From Octopus sinensis (lineage: Eukaryota), in NCBI RefSeq assembly GCF_006345805.1, contig NW_021831995.1, positions 1 through 62,869 of the forward strand: DNA of 62,869 nt, written 5' to 3'. Shown one piece after another: positions 62,456 through 62,869 of the stretch. The notes under the pieces are model-generated. The model worked only from the letters and a program-made list of their open reading frames with translations, was not told the DNA's origin and did no database searches. Position numbers and translations under genes: made by a program. How positions within the stretch are numbered: the stretch's first letter is position 1; each line of letters starts with the position of its first letter.

Positions 62456-62741
62456 GTGATACACGATCCCTATTGATCGTTTTTTTATCCTCTCCCCCTT
62501 TTTTCTTCTTTTTTTCATTTTTCTTTTCTTTTTTCCTTTTTTCTTTTTTTTCTTTTCTCTATTTTCTTTTTTTCTTTTTTCTTTTCCTTTTTTCTTTCTT
62601 TTTGTTCTTTTTTCCCTTTTACGATCCCTTTTGATCGAAAACCTACGCCACCTTTTTTTGTTTTTTTTTCTTCCCCAAAAGAAAAGGTCTACCTTGTAAC
62701 TTGTCCCATCTGTGTGCAGCCCTGTGTGGCCAATAAAGAAA
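62456..62741 (+). mobile_element. Severely 5'-truncated Tx1-clade LINE (3' UTR only) inside a long (ATCT)n tract
   Basis: gtgatacacgatccctattgatcg...acgatcccttttg...aaaagaaaa..ctacc/ttgta..tctgtgtgcagccctgtgtggccaataaagaaa is homologous to 33124-33293. (ATCT)n at 61945-62455 and 62743-62850. Confidence 0.9.
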
Positions 62742-62755
62742 CTTATCTATCTATC

Positions 62756-62843
<88 letters not shown>

Positions 62844-62869
62844 CTGTCTGTCTATCTATTCTCTAGGCA

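Overview
AT-rich, microsatellite-saturated eukaryotic DNA. The repeat repertoire (tRNA-headed SINEs of about 410, 380 and 260 bp, RTE, Tx1 and Penelope retroelements, mariner relics) points to an octopus or other coleoid cephalopod; this is an inference from recalled repeat families. I cannot support any intact cellular gene, and almost all ORF-track entries are microsatellite artefacts. The only long ORF (37509-39068, minus) is a Penelope-like RT plus GIY-YIG endonuclease. It lies in a 3-kb insertion with an inverted terminal copy, both ends carrying a hammerhead-ribozyme (HHR) motif. Four structures not visible in the ORF track stand out: (i) about 13 HHR or HHR-like motifs from roughly eight unrelated short elements, mostly in (TA)n or (TAA)n; (ii) a tRNA-head/(TAA)n/hammerhead SINE-like element seen twice; (iii) a 2.3-kb ORF1-only (HAL1-like) retroelement with a 16-bp target duplication inside a SINE head; (iv) a Tx1-clade LINE found twice inside (ATCT)n tracts, whose last ~45 nt match the tail of an abundant SINE that also forms a tandem array with a higher-order repeat. 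All alignments, folds and translations were done by eye. Boundaries are approximate to within about 10-20 bp unless a TSD or TIR is quoted. SINE families are labelled A-D here.
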